From the NCBI GenBank assembly GCA_038215705.1, contig JBBQQQ010000012.1:6523-70522 (forward strand): DNA of 64,000 bases, in the 5' to 3' direction. Positions within the stretch are counted from its first letter, which is position 1. Each line of letters begins with the position of its first letter. The position numbers and the translations under genes were made by a program. This document shows, in pieces, positions 48,566 through 58,509 of this stretch. The notes under the pieces are model-generated. The model was not told where the DNA came from, searched no databases, and worked only from the letters and a program-made list of their open reading frames with translations. Source of the stretch: Bacteroidia bacterium. Lineage in GTDB: Bacteria; Bacteroidota; Bacteroidia; AKYH767-A; OLB10.

Positions 48566-50227
48566 TTATCTTAGCAATGCAACAGTTCCTGAGCGCTTGT
48601 TGATTTGGTATCCCGCCGGAGCACTGATTTTATAACTGTAAATTCCCGCAGGACAAAGCTGCCCGTTTCTATTACCATCCCACCTTTTCCCGGAATAAAT
48701 TAATTCACCAAAACGGTTAAAAACCGATAACGTATACACCGTTTCACCGAAAACTTCAAATAAATCATTCCTGCCATCGCCATTGGGAGTGAACGCATTT
48801 GGCACCCAGGGGCCGTTGGTTGTTAAATTGCAAGAGCCTGTATCAGCAATTGAAATTTCCGCTGTAAATGAATCAATACATTGATTAGTATCTGTAATCA
48901 CAAGATTAATTTCATAATTCCCATTTTGATTAAAAATATATGAAGGAGTGGGTTGAGAAAATGTTTGATTTGCTATTACCCATTCATAGGTCAGATGCTG
49001 TGATAAAATTGAAGGTGCAAAATAAACCGGCACCCCAACGCAGTTTCCTTCCACCGAAAAGCCCGCAACCGGACCCTCTGCTACAGTGACCATCTGTGTA
49101 AAATTACTCCTGCAATTGTCGGGATTATGGACAGTAAGCATAACTTCATATGTGCCAGGAGCGTTATACGAATGGTCGGGCTGTATTGCCTGGCTGAAAG
49201 TACTATCACCGTAATTCCAGTTGAAGTACGATCCGGGATCTGCGACAGAAGTATTTTGAAAGGAGGCATCATTGTTACACCCGGTAAGTACGGTGAAAGC
49301 AGCCTGTGGTAATTCATCATTCAATATTTTCGAAAGCGTAACAGTACATCCCTCTTCGTGTGAAATATCGATTGTGTAAGGATATGCTGCTAAAGGTACA
49401 GCCAATGAAATGGAATCACCCTGGCTGCCATCAAACCATGTTCCTGATAGTCCTTCCGGTGTGAATAAAGTTATGCTGCCATCGGGAGCGCAGCCGCTTA
49501 CTAACAGTGTAGCTGGTTGCAGACCACCATCAACATACGCATAACCAAAATGTCCACCTGGCTCACAATCTCCTGTTTCAAAATGTAAGTTAACAGATGT
49601 TCCCTGCAACCCTGTTAAGTTGATGACACGTATTTGCCAGTTGAGAAGTTCATAGGCTCCTGTAATTATAAAATCATACGAAGTATCACCTGCAACAACC
49701 TGTTCCGACAAGCAGCCATCGAGAGTTGCTGATGAAGTGACCTCATAACCAAAACGTGATTGTTTTGATGGTGGATGAATACCATTTTCAAGAATTACGG
49801 CAAAACGAATAACCAGCAACAATGAATCAGAGGGCACCGTGAAACTATAATCGAGGATTTCCGATTCGGCTGAACCGGCATCATTTCCAAGGCGTGCTGA
49901 AAAAAGCGAACCCGGAGCTACCATATTGATCTGTCCGTTAGAATATGGATCCGTAAAAGTTCCTGAAGTGATTATGTGCCTGCTTGTATCTATTCCTGAA
50001 AAGGGGGTGTAAACAGGGCAACATTGTCCGGTTGCACCTATCCAGCCAGTGAAGGTTCCAGTTTCAAAACCAATGTTGACAGGTATCTGCTGGGCTTGAG
50101 CCGGATGAATATTCAATAGCAAAAACAAACATCCCGCAATTAAATTTTCAATACGGTTCTTCCGTACTGAAGTAAGTAGCAATGTTAAAAGGGAAATGGT
50201 CTTCACGGAAGCGTTTTGATTTTTCAC
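48566..50227 (-). CDS. PKD-domain surface protein with T9SS type-B (gliding-motility-associated) C-terminal domain
   Basis: C-terminus VPNAFTPNGDGRNDLFEV...GIYSYKI and a PKD unit WNYGDS...HSYNAPGTYEVMLTV. GTG start. Confidence 0.8.
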   Translation of the reverse strand: MKNQNASVKTISLLTLLLTSVRKNRIENLIAGCLFLLLNIHPAQAQQIPVNIGFETGTFTGWIGATGQCCPVYTPFSGIDTSRHIITSGTFTDPYSNGQINMVAPGSLFSARLGNDAGSAESEILDYSFTVPSDSLLLVIRFAVILENGIHPPSKQSRFGYEVTSSATLDGCLSEQVVAGDTSYDFIITGAYELLNWQIRVINLTGLQGTSVNLHFETGDCEPGGHFGYAYVDGGLQPATLLVSGCAPDGSITLFTPEGLSGTWFDGSQGDSISLAVPLAAYPYTIDISHEEGCTVTLSKILNDELPQAAFTVLTGCNNDASFQNTSVADPGSYFNWNYGDSTFSQAIQPDHSYNAPGTYEVMLTVHNPDNCRSNFTQMVTVAEGPVAGFSVEGNCVGVPVYFAPSILSQHLTYEWVIANQTFSQPTPSYIFNQNGNYEINLVITDTNQCIDSFTAEISIADTGSCNLTTNGPWVPNAFTPNGDGRNDLFEVFGETVYTLSVFNRFGELIYSGKRWDGNRNGQLCPAGIYSYKISAPAGYQINKRSGTVALLR

Positions 50228-50251
50228 CTATCTAAAGGTAAATAAAAAAAA

Positions 50252-51310
50252 TCAAAACTTCATATGTTCCAGTTTCCTGGGATCAATAATCCGGACCTGT
50301 CCGGCTTTGAGTTCAATAAGCCCTTCTTCTTTGAAATCCGACAACGTTCGAATAAGTGATTCCGTGGCAGTTCCAACAATATTGGAAAGATCTTCCCTGG
50401 AAATGTGAATACTGAACTCATCCCTGTTTTGCTCTTTGTAACGGCTGCGGAGCATTAGTAAAGCTTCAGCTACACGTTTTCTCACTGAATTATAGGCCAG
50501 ACTAAGCAACCGCTCTTCTTTTTCGATCAGATCGTCAGAAAGTAATTTAATAAATTTATTGGCAACTTCCCTGTTTGAATATAAGAGTGCCAGGAAATCC
50601 TGACGCTGTATCAGGCAAATTTCGGATTCTTCCAGCGCAGCAGCCGACTCGGTAAAATTACCATCTTCCAGTAATGCAATATAACCAATGAAATCTCCAT
50701 CTTTATACAACCCGGTTATATATTCTTTTCCATCCTCGTTGGATTTATACGTTTTTACTTTTCCTTTATTTATGAAGTAAACACCGCCGGGATGGTTTCC
50801 TTCTGAGAAAATTATTTCCTTCTTTTTATAATTTTTTGTTTTGCGGTCACCGGTAAGTTTGATAAGTGCATCAAACGATTCCACTTTTGTCATAAAATCG
50901 TTCAGTCCGTCAAGATCGCGTGAAAAATCTTTTTTTAATAAATCTGTTTTCCGGAAACGGGTTTCAATTGCATCCAGCAATTCAACATCATTAAAAGGCT
51001 TGGTAATGTAGTCGTCGGCACCAAGATTCATACCTTTTCTGAAATCATCCTTTTCTGCTTTAGCTGTTAAGAAAATAAATGGTATTCCTGCAGTCTTTGC
51101 ATTCTTGCTCAAAATATGCAACACGCCGTAACCATCCAGTTCAGGCATCATCACATCACAGATTATAAGATCGGGTGCATGTTTAATTGCAAGGTCAACA
51201 CCAATCTTTCCATTTTCAGCAGATATAACTTTGTATCCGGCCAATTCAAGTATTTCGGAAGTATTCTCCCGCATTTCAAGGTTGTCTTCAATTAATAAAA
51301 TGGTCTTCAT
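50252..51310 (-). CDS. response regulator: REC plus cNMP-binding plus Crp/Fnr HTH
   Basis: REC (DLIICDVMMPELDG, KP), a cNMP-binding beta-barrel (FSEGNHPGGVYFINKGKVK) and a C-terminal HTH (SREDLSNIVGTATESLIRTLSDFK). Confidence 0.85.
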   Translation of the reverse strand: MKTILLIEDNLEMRENTSEILELAGYKVISAENGKIGVDLAIKHAPDLIICDVMMPELDGYGVLHILSKNAKTAGIPFIFLTAKAEKDDFRKGMNLGADDYITKPFNDVELLDAIETRFRKTDLLKKDFSRDLDGLNDFMTKVESFDALIKLTGDRKTKNYKKKEIIFSEGNHPGGVYFINKGKVKTYKSNEDGKEYITGLYKDGDFIGYIALLEDGNFTESAAALEESEICLIQRQDFLALLYSNREVANKFIKLLSDDLIEKEERLLSLAYNSVRKRVAEALLMLRSRYKEQNRDEFSIHISREDLSNIVGTATESLIRTLSDFKEEGLIELKAGQVRIIDPRKLEHMKF

Positions 51311-51412
51311 GGTTGCGATTCAATAAAATGAAATATATCCGCTAAAATAGACAAATCCGATAAGCACATCATCCAAGTCGGAAATGATTGTAGTTAATTG
51401 ATTATTAATAAA

Positions 51413-53419
51413 TTACAATACTGGTATATGTAATGGAAGCGTTACTGAGAAGGTTGTACCGTTTCCGGGACGGCTTCTGAATAAAACTTCCCCATTCATT
51501 AGTTCAACATATTTTTTAACGATGTTCAATCCGAGCCCGGTACCCTGTATATTAGATGCATTATTCGCCCTGAAGAAACGGTCGAAGATATATTGTTGCT
51601 CCGATTCGGGTATTCCAATTCCCTGGTCCGTTACCTCCATCATTAATGTATCATTTTCAATGGATGTGTGAAACCGGATCTGCGTTGCTTCCTCAGAATA
51701 TTTAATTGCATTCGAAAGCAGGTTGATGCAAATATTCCGGGTAAGGTTCTTGTCAAGAAAAACAGTTGTGCCGGAACCGTTATGAGTATAGTTAATTGTT
51801 TGTCCTATTTTCGTTACTTCTTTCAGCTCCCCAATCAAATCATTTGAAAAGCTCGTAATATCAAATGTAGTGGGTGAACTCACAACTTTTCCTTCTTCCA
51901 GTTTTCCCAGTGAAAGGAAATCATTCAGTATGGAAGTGAGGTTATACACCGCGGATTTTATACGTTCAATATGTTTAAACCTTTTTTCATCCTGACCCGG
52001 TTCATTATATTTTGAAATAAGCGATACTGAAGAAAGAATGGTGCTGAGTGGAGTACGGAATTCATGAGAAGCCATGGTAACAAACCGCGATTTTAATTCA
52101 CTCAGTTCTTTTTCCTTATCAAGCGCGAGTCTGAGGTCCTCCCTGTTCTTTTGCAAAAGCGATTCAGCCTGTTTTCTTTCCTTTATTTCGACAGCCAGGT
52201 CACTGTTCATTTGTTCAAGCTTATGAATAAGTTCACCCAATTCCTCAGTCCGTATCTGAACCCGCTTTTCCAGGTCCGCATTCATCCCGAGTATTTCATC
52301 GGAATAGCGTTTTAATTCACCATTTGCCCTGTCTATTAATTCTTCCTGCTGTTTTCGTGCTGTAATATCTTCCCCTGAGCAAAGCATTGCAACGGGTATG
52401 CCGTTGTCGTCACTTATCAGCGCATTTTTCCATGTGATCAGTCGCTTTTCACCTGAGGCAGTAACAATTGCATAATCAAACGGACTACTCACGTCAATTT
52501 TTCCATCCATGAGCTTAATAAAAAGTTCACGCGACGATTCCTTTTCATTACCGGAAACAAAATCATCAAACCAGTTTTTCTCAACGATATCTTCCTCCGG
52601 AAATCCCAAAATATTGCATCCGTTTTGGTTGATCAATGAAACGGTTTGATCTTTTTCCAGTACAAGGAAAATTACCGGGGCAATGTCGAGGTACATCTGC
52701 GCAAGCTCTTTTTCCTTCGACAAAAGTTCTTCTGAATTCCGGCGTTCAGAAATGTCGATGATAAAGGCGATCACATAGCTTTCCTTGCCGGTCGCAAAAT
52801 TACTCAGACTTATTTCAACCGGAAATTCGCTGTCGTCTTTTCGTCTTCCGTAAAGCAAGCGCCCTTTACCCATCGGCCTGGGGTAAGGATCTTTTACATA
52901 ATCTTCTCGGTGTTTTACATGACGTTCTGCCATGCGTGCGGGTATCAATAATTCAATTTTCTTCCCTTCCAGTTCCCCCTTCTGGTAGCCAAATTGTTTT
53001 TCAGCCATCGGATTTATCATCACTATTTCACCTTTGCTGCCGGCGATGATCATTCCTTCCGTTGCAAATTCAAATAAAGCTTTTAGACGTTCCTTATTTT
53101 TGGATTCATCATAAGCCTGTACTTTGAATTTAATAATAAAATAAACAGCAATCCAGATTCCAATAATGGAAATTACTAAATTAACAATTCGGGTTTCATT
53201 ACCCGATGACAATAAAAATGAAATAAGTGTTAAAAAGGTACATCCTGCTGCTATAAAAATAATTATTTTCCTTTCGGGCTGAAAAAGCGTTAGTAGTACA
53301 GGAGCTACATACAAAACAGTAATGGTTGCTTCGGTAGGAATTATTAAATCGGCAAAGAATACCAATGCTGCCAGTACTATTACACCAATAAAAAGTTCGG
53401 GTCTTCTGAGGGATTCCAT
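51413..53419 (-). CDS. multi-TM PAS/PAS sensor histidine kinase
   Basis: H-box MASHEFRTPL, HATPase N and G boxes (NAIKYS, GTGLGLNIV) and two PAS-like segments. The start is placed at ATG 53419 (the ORF track begins at TTG 53455). Confidence 0.85.
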   Translation of the reverse strand: MESLRRPELFIGVIVLAALVFFADLIIPTEATITVLYVAPVLLTLFQPERKIIIFIAAGCTFLTLISFLLSSGNETRIVNLVISIIGIWIAVYFIIKFKVQAYDESKNKERLKALFEFATEGMIIAGSKGEIVMINPMAEKQFGYQKGELEGKKIELLIPARMAERHVKHREDYVKDPYPRPMGKGRLLYGRRKDDSEFPVEISLSNFATGKESYVIAFIIDISERRNSEELLSKEKELAQMYLDIAPVIFLVLEKDQTVSLINQNGCNILGFPEEDIVEKNWFDDFVSGNEKESSRELFIKLMDGKIDVSSPFDYAIVTASGEKRLITWKNALISDDNGIPVAMLCSGEDITARKQQEELIDRANGELKRYSDEILGMNADLEKRVQIRTEELGELIHKLEQMNSDLAVEIKERKQAESLLQKNREDLRLALDKEKELSELKSRFVTMASHEFRTPLSTILSSVSLISKYNEPGQDEKRFKHIERIKSAVYNLTSILNDFLSLGKLEEGKVVSSPTTFDITSFSNDLIGELKEVTKIGQTINYTHNGSGTTVFLDKNLTRNICINLLSNAIKYSEEATQIRFHTSIENDTLMMEVTDQGIGIPESEQQYIFDRFFRANNASNIQGTGLGLNIVKKYVELMNGEVLFRSRPGNGTTFSVTLPLHIPVL

Positions 53420-53458
53420 TTGAACAAACTTATTACAACGAACTGTATTTAGCAATCA

Positions 53459-54481
53459 TTACGCCCATACTTTTGTGCCTTCCGTACAATTTTTACACAT
53501 TTCTATTTCACTGCGGGAACGCAAAACAGATGCCCTGAATTTATCATACACCGGGCTTGTCCAGATTGTACGAAAATCGTTGTTCTTTAAATCTCCCATC
53601 AGGTATTCGGCGTCCTTATCAAAACAGCAGGGTACCACACGGCCATCCCAGGTTACAACGCATGAATGCCATAGTTTCCAGCAGTGATTCAACAGGTTGT
53701 TTTTAATTTCCCATTTCCCATCACCGTTAGTCCTGTAGCGGGAATACCGGTCATTGTCAGGTATTAGTTTATTTCCATTTTCATAATCATATACCTGCGC
53801 AGTTTTAAATGCCACTTCATCAATACCGATTTCCCGAGCCAGCTTTTTTACATCTTCAAGCTGATGTTCATTCGGCTTTACAACCAGAAACTGAAAAATA
53901 ATATGTGGTGTTGATGATTTCAATTCACGCTTCCACTTTACAATATTCCGGGCTCCTTCCAGTACTTTATTTAATTGCCCTCCAACACGGTAACTTTCAT
54001 AGGTTTCCTGGGTGGTGCCGTCAATGGAAATAATAAGGCGGTCAAGACCCGATTCGATAGTCTTTTTTGCATTGGTATCATTCAGGTAATGGGCATTGGT
54101 TGAAGTTGCGGTGTAAATTTTTTTTGAGACGGCATATTTTACCAGGTCAAGAAAAGCCGGATTCAGAAATGGTTCTCCCTGGAAATAGAAAATCAGATAT
54201 AACAGGTCTTTGTGGATTTCATCAATTACTTTTTTAAAAAAATCAGGATCCAGCATGCCGGTAGGACGGGTAAAAGAACGCAATCCGCTGGGACACTCCG
54301 GGCAACGAAGATTGCATGAAGTAGTTGGCTCAAAGGAAATGGCAACCGGGTTACCACGGTGATGGTTTTTGCCGGTCCATTTCGAAAAGAGATAGCTTCC
54401 TGCTACCTGCGAAACATTCCATAAACGTCTGGCAGTCAGATGCGAAGCAAGATTTTTCAGGTCGTTGAGGTTCCGGTTCAT
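53459..54481 (-). CDS. radical SAM / SPASM-domain enzyme
   Basis: CxxxCxxC cluster motif CNLRCPEC and C-terminal Cys-rich SPASM-like CWKLWHSCVVTWDGRVVPCCFD...CKNC. Confidence 0.8.
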   Translation of the reverse strand: MNRNLNDLKNLASHLTARRLWNVSQVAGSYLFSKWTGKNHHRGNPVAISFEPTTSCNLRCPECPSGLRSFTRPTGMLDPDFFKKVIDEIHKDLLYLIFYFQGEPFLNPAFLDLVKYAVSKKIYTATSTNAHYLNDTNAKKTIESGLDRLIISIDGTTQETYESYRVGGQLNKVLEGARNIVKWKRELKSSTPHIIFQFLVVKPNEHQLEDVKKLAREIGIDEVAFKTAQVYDYENGNKLIPDNDRYSRYRTNGDGKWEIKNNLLNHCWKLWHSCVVTWDGRVVPCCFDKDAEYLMGDLKNNDFRTIWTSPVYDKFRASVLRSRSEIEMCKNCTEGTKVWA

Positions 54482-54497
54482 GCGTTGAGTACTCTAA

Positions 54498-54505
54498 CAA
54501 AGGTA
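54498..54505 (-). promoter_or_regulatory. -7 box TACCTTTG for the radical SAM operon
   Basis: The reverse complement of CAAAGGTA lies 17 nt upstream of ATG 54481. Confidence 0.45.
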
Positions 54506-54583
54506 CAGAACAATACTGTATATGTTAAGATATTGATTAGTAAATTAATACATGTTATTTATAATCGATATAAATAAAAGCCA

Positions 54584-54591
54584 TAATTTTG
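54584..54591 (+). promoter_or_regulatory. -7 box TAATTTTG for sufE
   Basis: It ends only 4 nt before ATG 54596, which predicts a leaderless transcript. Confidence 0.45.
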
Positions 54592-54595
54592 TACT

Positions 54596-55027
54596 ATGGA
54601 ATCAATCATTGAAACGGAGAAGGAATTGGTGGAGGAATTTGAACTTTTCGACGATTGGGCCGATAAGTATCAATATATCATTGAACTGGGTCAGAAACTG
54701 AAACCACTTGATGACTGTTACAAAGTGGATGATAACAAGATCAAAGGTTGCCAGAGCAGTGTGTGGTTACATGCGTACAATAGTAACGGTAAGGTTTTTT
54801 TTGAAGCCGACAGCGATTCTACATTCGTTAAAGGAGAAATCGGTTTGCTGATCCGTGTGCTTTCGGGCCGTTCACCGGAGGAAGTTGTAAGTGCTTCGCT
54901 TGACTTTATTGATCAAATTGGGTTAAGACAGCATGTTGCAATTACCAGGGCTAACGGACTAGCTTCAATGATAAAACAAATGAAATTATACGCATTGGGA
55001 TTCCAGGCGCAAGTTAAGAATGATTGA
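54596..55027 (+). CDS. sufE: SufE-family sulfur acceptor protein
   Basis: Active-site context KIKGCQSSVWL, about 140 aa. Confidence 0.85.
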   Translation: MESIIETEKELVEEFELFDDWADKYQYIIELGQKLKPLDDCYKVDDNKIKGCQSSVWLHAYNSNGKVFFEADSDSTFVKGEIGLLIRVLSGRSPEEVVSASLDFIDQIGLRQHVAITRANGLASMIKQMKLYALGFQAQVKND

Positions 55028-55030
55028 TCA

Positions 55031-55366
55031 ATGAGTGATAATACAACAATTATGGAAGAAGTAAAACCACTTGAAGAACGGGTTGTGGATGTGTTAAAAA
55101 CATGTTTCGATCCGGAGATTCCGGTGAATATATACGACCTGGGTTTAATTTATGAGGTGAAAGTTACTGAGGGAAACGATGTTTTTGTAAAGATGACATT
55201 AACCTCGCCTGCATGTCCTGTGGCCGAAACATTACCTCCTGATGTTGAAAACAGAATAAGGGAACTTCCTGATGTAAACAGTGCAAAAGTTGAGATTACT
55301 TTTGATCCTCCCTGGGATAAAGAGATGATGAGCGAGGAAGCACGGCTTGAACTGGGAATGTGGTAG
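55031..55366 (+). CDS. DUF59 (SufT/PaaD-like) Fe-S assembly protein
   Basis: DPEIPVNIYDLGLIY...LTSPACP signature. Confidence 0.8.
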   Translation: MSDNTTIMEEVKPLEERVVDVLKTCFDPEIPVNIYDLGLIYEVKVTEGNDVFVKMTLTSPACPVAETLPPDVENRIRELPDVNSAKVEITFDPPWDKEMMSEEARLELGMW

Positions 55367-55400
55367 TGCAGTTTATCATGCTTAACAACATCTTCTGAAT

Positions 55401-55904
55401 ATGAATGATATCACAAATAAAGTAGCCTCTTCTGGATTGATCACTATTGATCCTGCTGACTTTTCTCCGCAAGGAAAACGTGCTGTGATTGATATTAAAC
55501 CATTACTGGTTGAAGAATTTTTGCTTCGTGAAAAAGATTTCCGTGAGTATGTGAAAACAACCGACTGGTCAGTTTATGACGGCCAGTTTATTGCCGTTAC
55601 CTGTTCGAATGATGCCATTATACCGGTGTGGGCCTATATGCTTTTAGCTGCGGCTCTTGAGCCTTTTGCTAAAAAAATTGTTTTTGGTGATGCTGAGGCG
55701 CTTGAAGAAGTGCTTTTTTCTGAGCAGCTTTCAAAAATAAAGCCCGGTGATTACCGCGATCAGCGGATTGTTATTAAGGGTTGCGGGGATGTGCATGTTC
55801 CCGTTTCGGCTTACGTGGAGCTGACACGCCTGCTTAAGCCGGTTGCCAAAACAATTATGTACGGAGAACCCTGTTCAACCGTCCCGGTTTATAAATCGAA
55901 ATAG
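55401..55904 (+). CDS. conserved hypothetical, DUF2480-like
   Basis: Its position after sufE and DUF59 is typical in Bacteroidota. The family name is from memory and there is no catalytic motif. Confidence 0.4.
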   Translation: MNDITNKVASSGLITIDPADFSPQGKRAVIDIKPLLVEEFLLREKDFREYVKTTDWSVYDGQFIAVTCSNDAIIPVWAYMLLAAALEPFAKKIVFGDAEALEEVLFSEQLSKIKPGDYRDQRIVIKGCGDVHVPVSAYVELTRLLKPVAKTIMYGEPCSTVPVYKSK

Positions 55905-56074
55905 GAATTACGCTTTTATTGAGCCATTAACTGCAGTTTGACTGTTTTTAGCTCATTTTACATCATTCCAGGGTCTGATTCCTCAAATTGTTGATAAATG
56001 CCGGTTTTATTTGGTGAATGGTTTTTTTTAATGGGTTGAATCGTTTAATTTTCAACTACCTAAACCATACAACC

Positions 56075-58288
56075 ATGAAAACAATCCGACTCTTTCTGCT
56101 GGTCCTGTTTATTAGCACTTTTGCAGCACCGGCAACAGCTTCCCATCTTGTGGGACTTAGAATTACCTATGAGTACAATGGATCAGGTTATATTTTTAAG
56201 CTGAAACTTTACCGCGATTGTGCAGGTATTCAAGCACCAACATCTCCGATAATTTGTTTTAATTCCCTTTCGGGATGTTCACCGGCTTTTACAGCTACGT
56301 TAATTATGGATACTGCTAATTCCGGATTTGAAGTGCCATTTAATTCCTGCGCCGCAGTTGGTGCTACCTATTGCCAGGGAGGAAATATATTCGCCTTTGA
56401 AGAATACAATTATACTGCCTTTGTAGCGGTTCCGCAATGTGATGACTGGGTAGTTTCCTACGATGAATGTTGCAGGAATGCTGCGATCACTAATCTTGTA
56501 GATCCTGATTTCTATAATGCTCATGTGGAAACCCGTTTCGATAATCTTAATTTCCCAACTAATAGTTCACCACAGTTTAATGCAGTGCCGTTAAATTATT
56601 ATTGTGCGGGCATTCCTGCAATAGTCGATTACAGTGCGTATGATCTTGATGGTGATTCGCTGAGTTATGAATTTACAGTCATTCAGGGAGGTGGCTGTTC
56701 CAGTCCCGTAATTATTCCTTTCAATCCACCCTACACATATGATCAGCCGTTAGCTACCCTGGCGCCAACTGTTTTCGATCCTTACACGGGTCAGATTTCT
56801 TTCATTCCATCCGCTATTCAAATTAGCGTTATAGGTTTTAAAGTAAATGAATACCGGAACGGTGTGTTAATTGGTTCCGTTCGCCGGGATGATGAAATTG
56901 TTGTGGTTGGAGCTATGGTTAATCCCGATACTATAGCAGGATCGGTTTTTTATGATCTTAATACGAATGGAATTTTTGATGGCAGTGATTATCCGGCTGC
57001 AGGAGTAATGGTACATATGGGACCTGGAAATTCATACAATCCAACACTTGTCAATGGGAAATACCTGTTCCAGACTATCCCCGGTAACTTTAATGTTGAT
57101 ATACCTGTGCTGCCTCTTTACACAACCTGTACACCTGCATCAATAGCTGTAAATACCACAGGGCCGGGTTCGTTTTTTGGACAGAATGATTTTGCATTAC
57201 AACTTGTGCCGAATATGAATGATCTTGAAGTATCACTTAACTCATCACCTGCACCCATACCGGGATTTGGATTTCCACTTTTCATTACGTATCAGAATTC
57301 CGGCACTACCAGTCAATCAGCTGTGGAAATACAGCTTACGCTGGATAGTGAAACCATTTACCAGTCGGCAACACCGGCTCCGTCTAATGTAAACGGAAAT
57401 GTGTTAACCTGGAATTTTGCCACATTGAATATGTTTTCAGGAGGAACAATTTCCGTGCTGACAGATATAGATACAACCGCCACTATTGGTGATACTGTAT
57501 TTTGTACAGTTACAATTTCCTCAACAAATAATGATAATACCCCGCTTAACAATATTGATGTGCTGACTGAACCGGTGCTCAATTCCTGTGATCCGAACAG
57601 TAAAGAAGTGGTGCCTGAAGGTGAATTATCTCCGGCATTTATCAGCAACCAGGATTATTTGCATTATACAATACATTATCAGAATCTTGGAACGGCACCC
57701 GCCAACCTGATCCGTATACAGGATCTTCTTGACGCTGACCTTGATTTAGGAACTTTTGAAGTAGTCGGCGCAAGTAAACCAACTGTAACCACTTTTACGA
57801 ATCCCAACAAAATTGAATTTATGATCTATAATGCCAGTCTGCCTCCGGCCTCTGTTAATGAGCCGGGAAGTCATGGTTTTATCGAATTCAGGATACGTCC
57901 TAAATCCGGCTTGCAGCCCGGCACTATACTGTCTAACGGTGCGCGTATCTACTTTGATTTTAATCCTCCCATTTTTACAAATATAGTTTACAATACAATT
58001 CCATCGCCTACCGGTATTCAACAGGTAGAAAGTGAGTTATTCGACGTTTTAGTTTATCCGAATCCTGCCAGTGACAGGGTCATCGTGGAATTGACAACCG
58101 GTCGCACCGACCGGTTATCATTACAGCTGTACGATGTGATGGGGAAAAAAGTCAGTGATATGGATATGCTTCTACAAAGCGGTTTCAATTCAATTGAACT
58201 ACCCGTAAAACAATTAAGCAACGGAATTTATTTCATGCGATTGAGAAGTGGTCAAACTTCTTATGAGACTAAAATTATTAGGAATTGA
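56075..58288 (+). CDS. large surface protein with T9SS type-A C-terminal domain
   Basis: Signal peptide MKTIRLFLLVLFISTFAAPATA at Met 56075. The C-terminus VLVYPNPASDRVIVEL...LSNGIYFMRLRSGQTSYETKIIRN is a Por tail, with conserved-repeat/DUF11-like middle domains. Confidence 0.8.
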   Translation: MKTIRLFLLVLFISTFAAPATASHLVGLRITYEYNGSGYIFKLKLYRDCAGIQAPTSPIICFNSLSGCSPAFTATLIMDTANSGFEVPFNSCAAVGATYCQGGNIFAFEEYNYTAFVAVPQCDDWVVSYDECCRNAAITNLVDPDFYNAHVETRFDNLNFPTNSSPQFNAVPLNYYCAGIPAIVDYSAYDLDGDSLSYEFTVIQGGGCSSPVIIPFNPPYTYDQPLATLAPTVFDPYTGQISFIPSAIQISVIGFKVNEYRNGVLIGSVRRDDEIVVVGAMVNPDTIAGSVFYDLNTNGIFDGSDYPAAGVMVHMGPGNSYNPTLVNGKYLFQTIPGNFNVDIPVLPLYTTCTPASIAVNTTGPGSFFGQNDFALQLVPNMNDLEVSLNSSPAPIPGFGFPLFITYQNSGTTSQSAVEIQLTLDSETIYQSATPAPSNVNGNVLTWNFATLNMFSGGTISVLTDIDTTATIGDTVFCTVTISSTNNDNTPLNNIDVLTEPVLNSCDPNSKEVVPEGELSPAFISNQDYLHYTIHYQNLGTAPANLIRIQDLLDADLDLGTFEVVGASKPTVTTFTNPNKIEFMIYNASLPPASVNEPGSHGFIEFRIRPKSGLQPGTILSNGARIYFDFNPPIFTNIVYNTIPSPTGIQQVESELFDVLVYPNPASDRVIVELTTGRTDRLSLQLYDVMGKKVSDMDMLLQSGFNSIELPVKQLSNGIYFMRLRSGQTSYETKIIRN

Positions 58289-58323
58289 AATAACCGGCTT
58301 TAAATTCTTACTTTATTTAAACT

Positions 58324-58355
58324 AAAACTCCTGAAATCTTCAGGAGTTTTAGTTT
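58324..58355 (+). terminator. rho-independent terminator
   Basis: Perfect 12-bp arms AAAACTCCTGAA/TTCAGGAGTTTT with a 3-nt loop and a T-rich tail. Confidence 0.7.
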
Positions 58356-58474
58356 AATGTGATTGTAAAAAATGATATAATTTATTGCAGGCTGTGATTT
58401 TTCATTACAAGTCAGTATATGACTTATTTTCCTCCGTTTTAGCTTTTAAAATCCAGAATCAATTCAGTATCGTA

Positions 58475-58482
58475 TATATTTG
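58475..58482 (+). promoter_or_regulatory. -7 box TATATTTG
   Basis: Exact match 28 nt upstream of ATG 58510. Confidence 0.45.
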
Positions 58483-58509
58483 CAGTATTGTATTATTTTG
58501 GTAGCAAAT

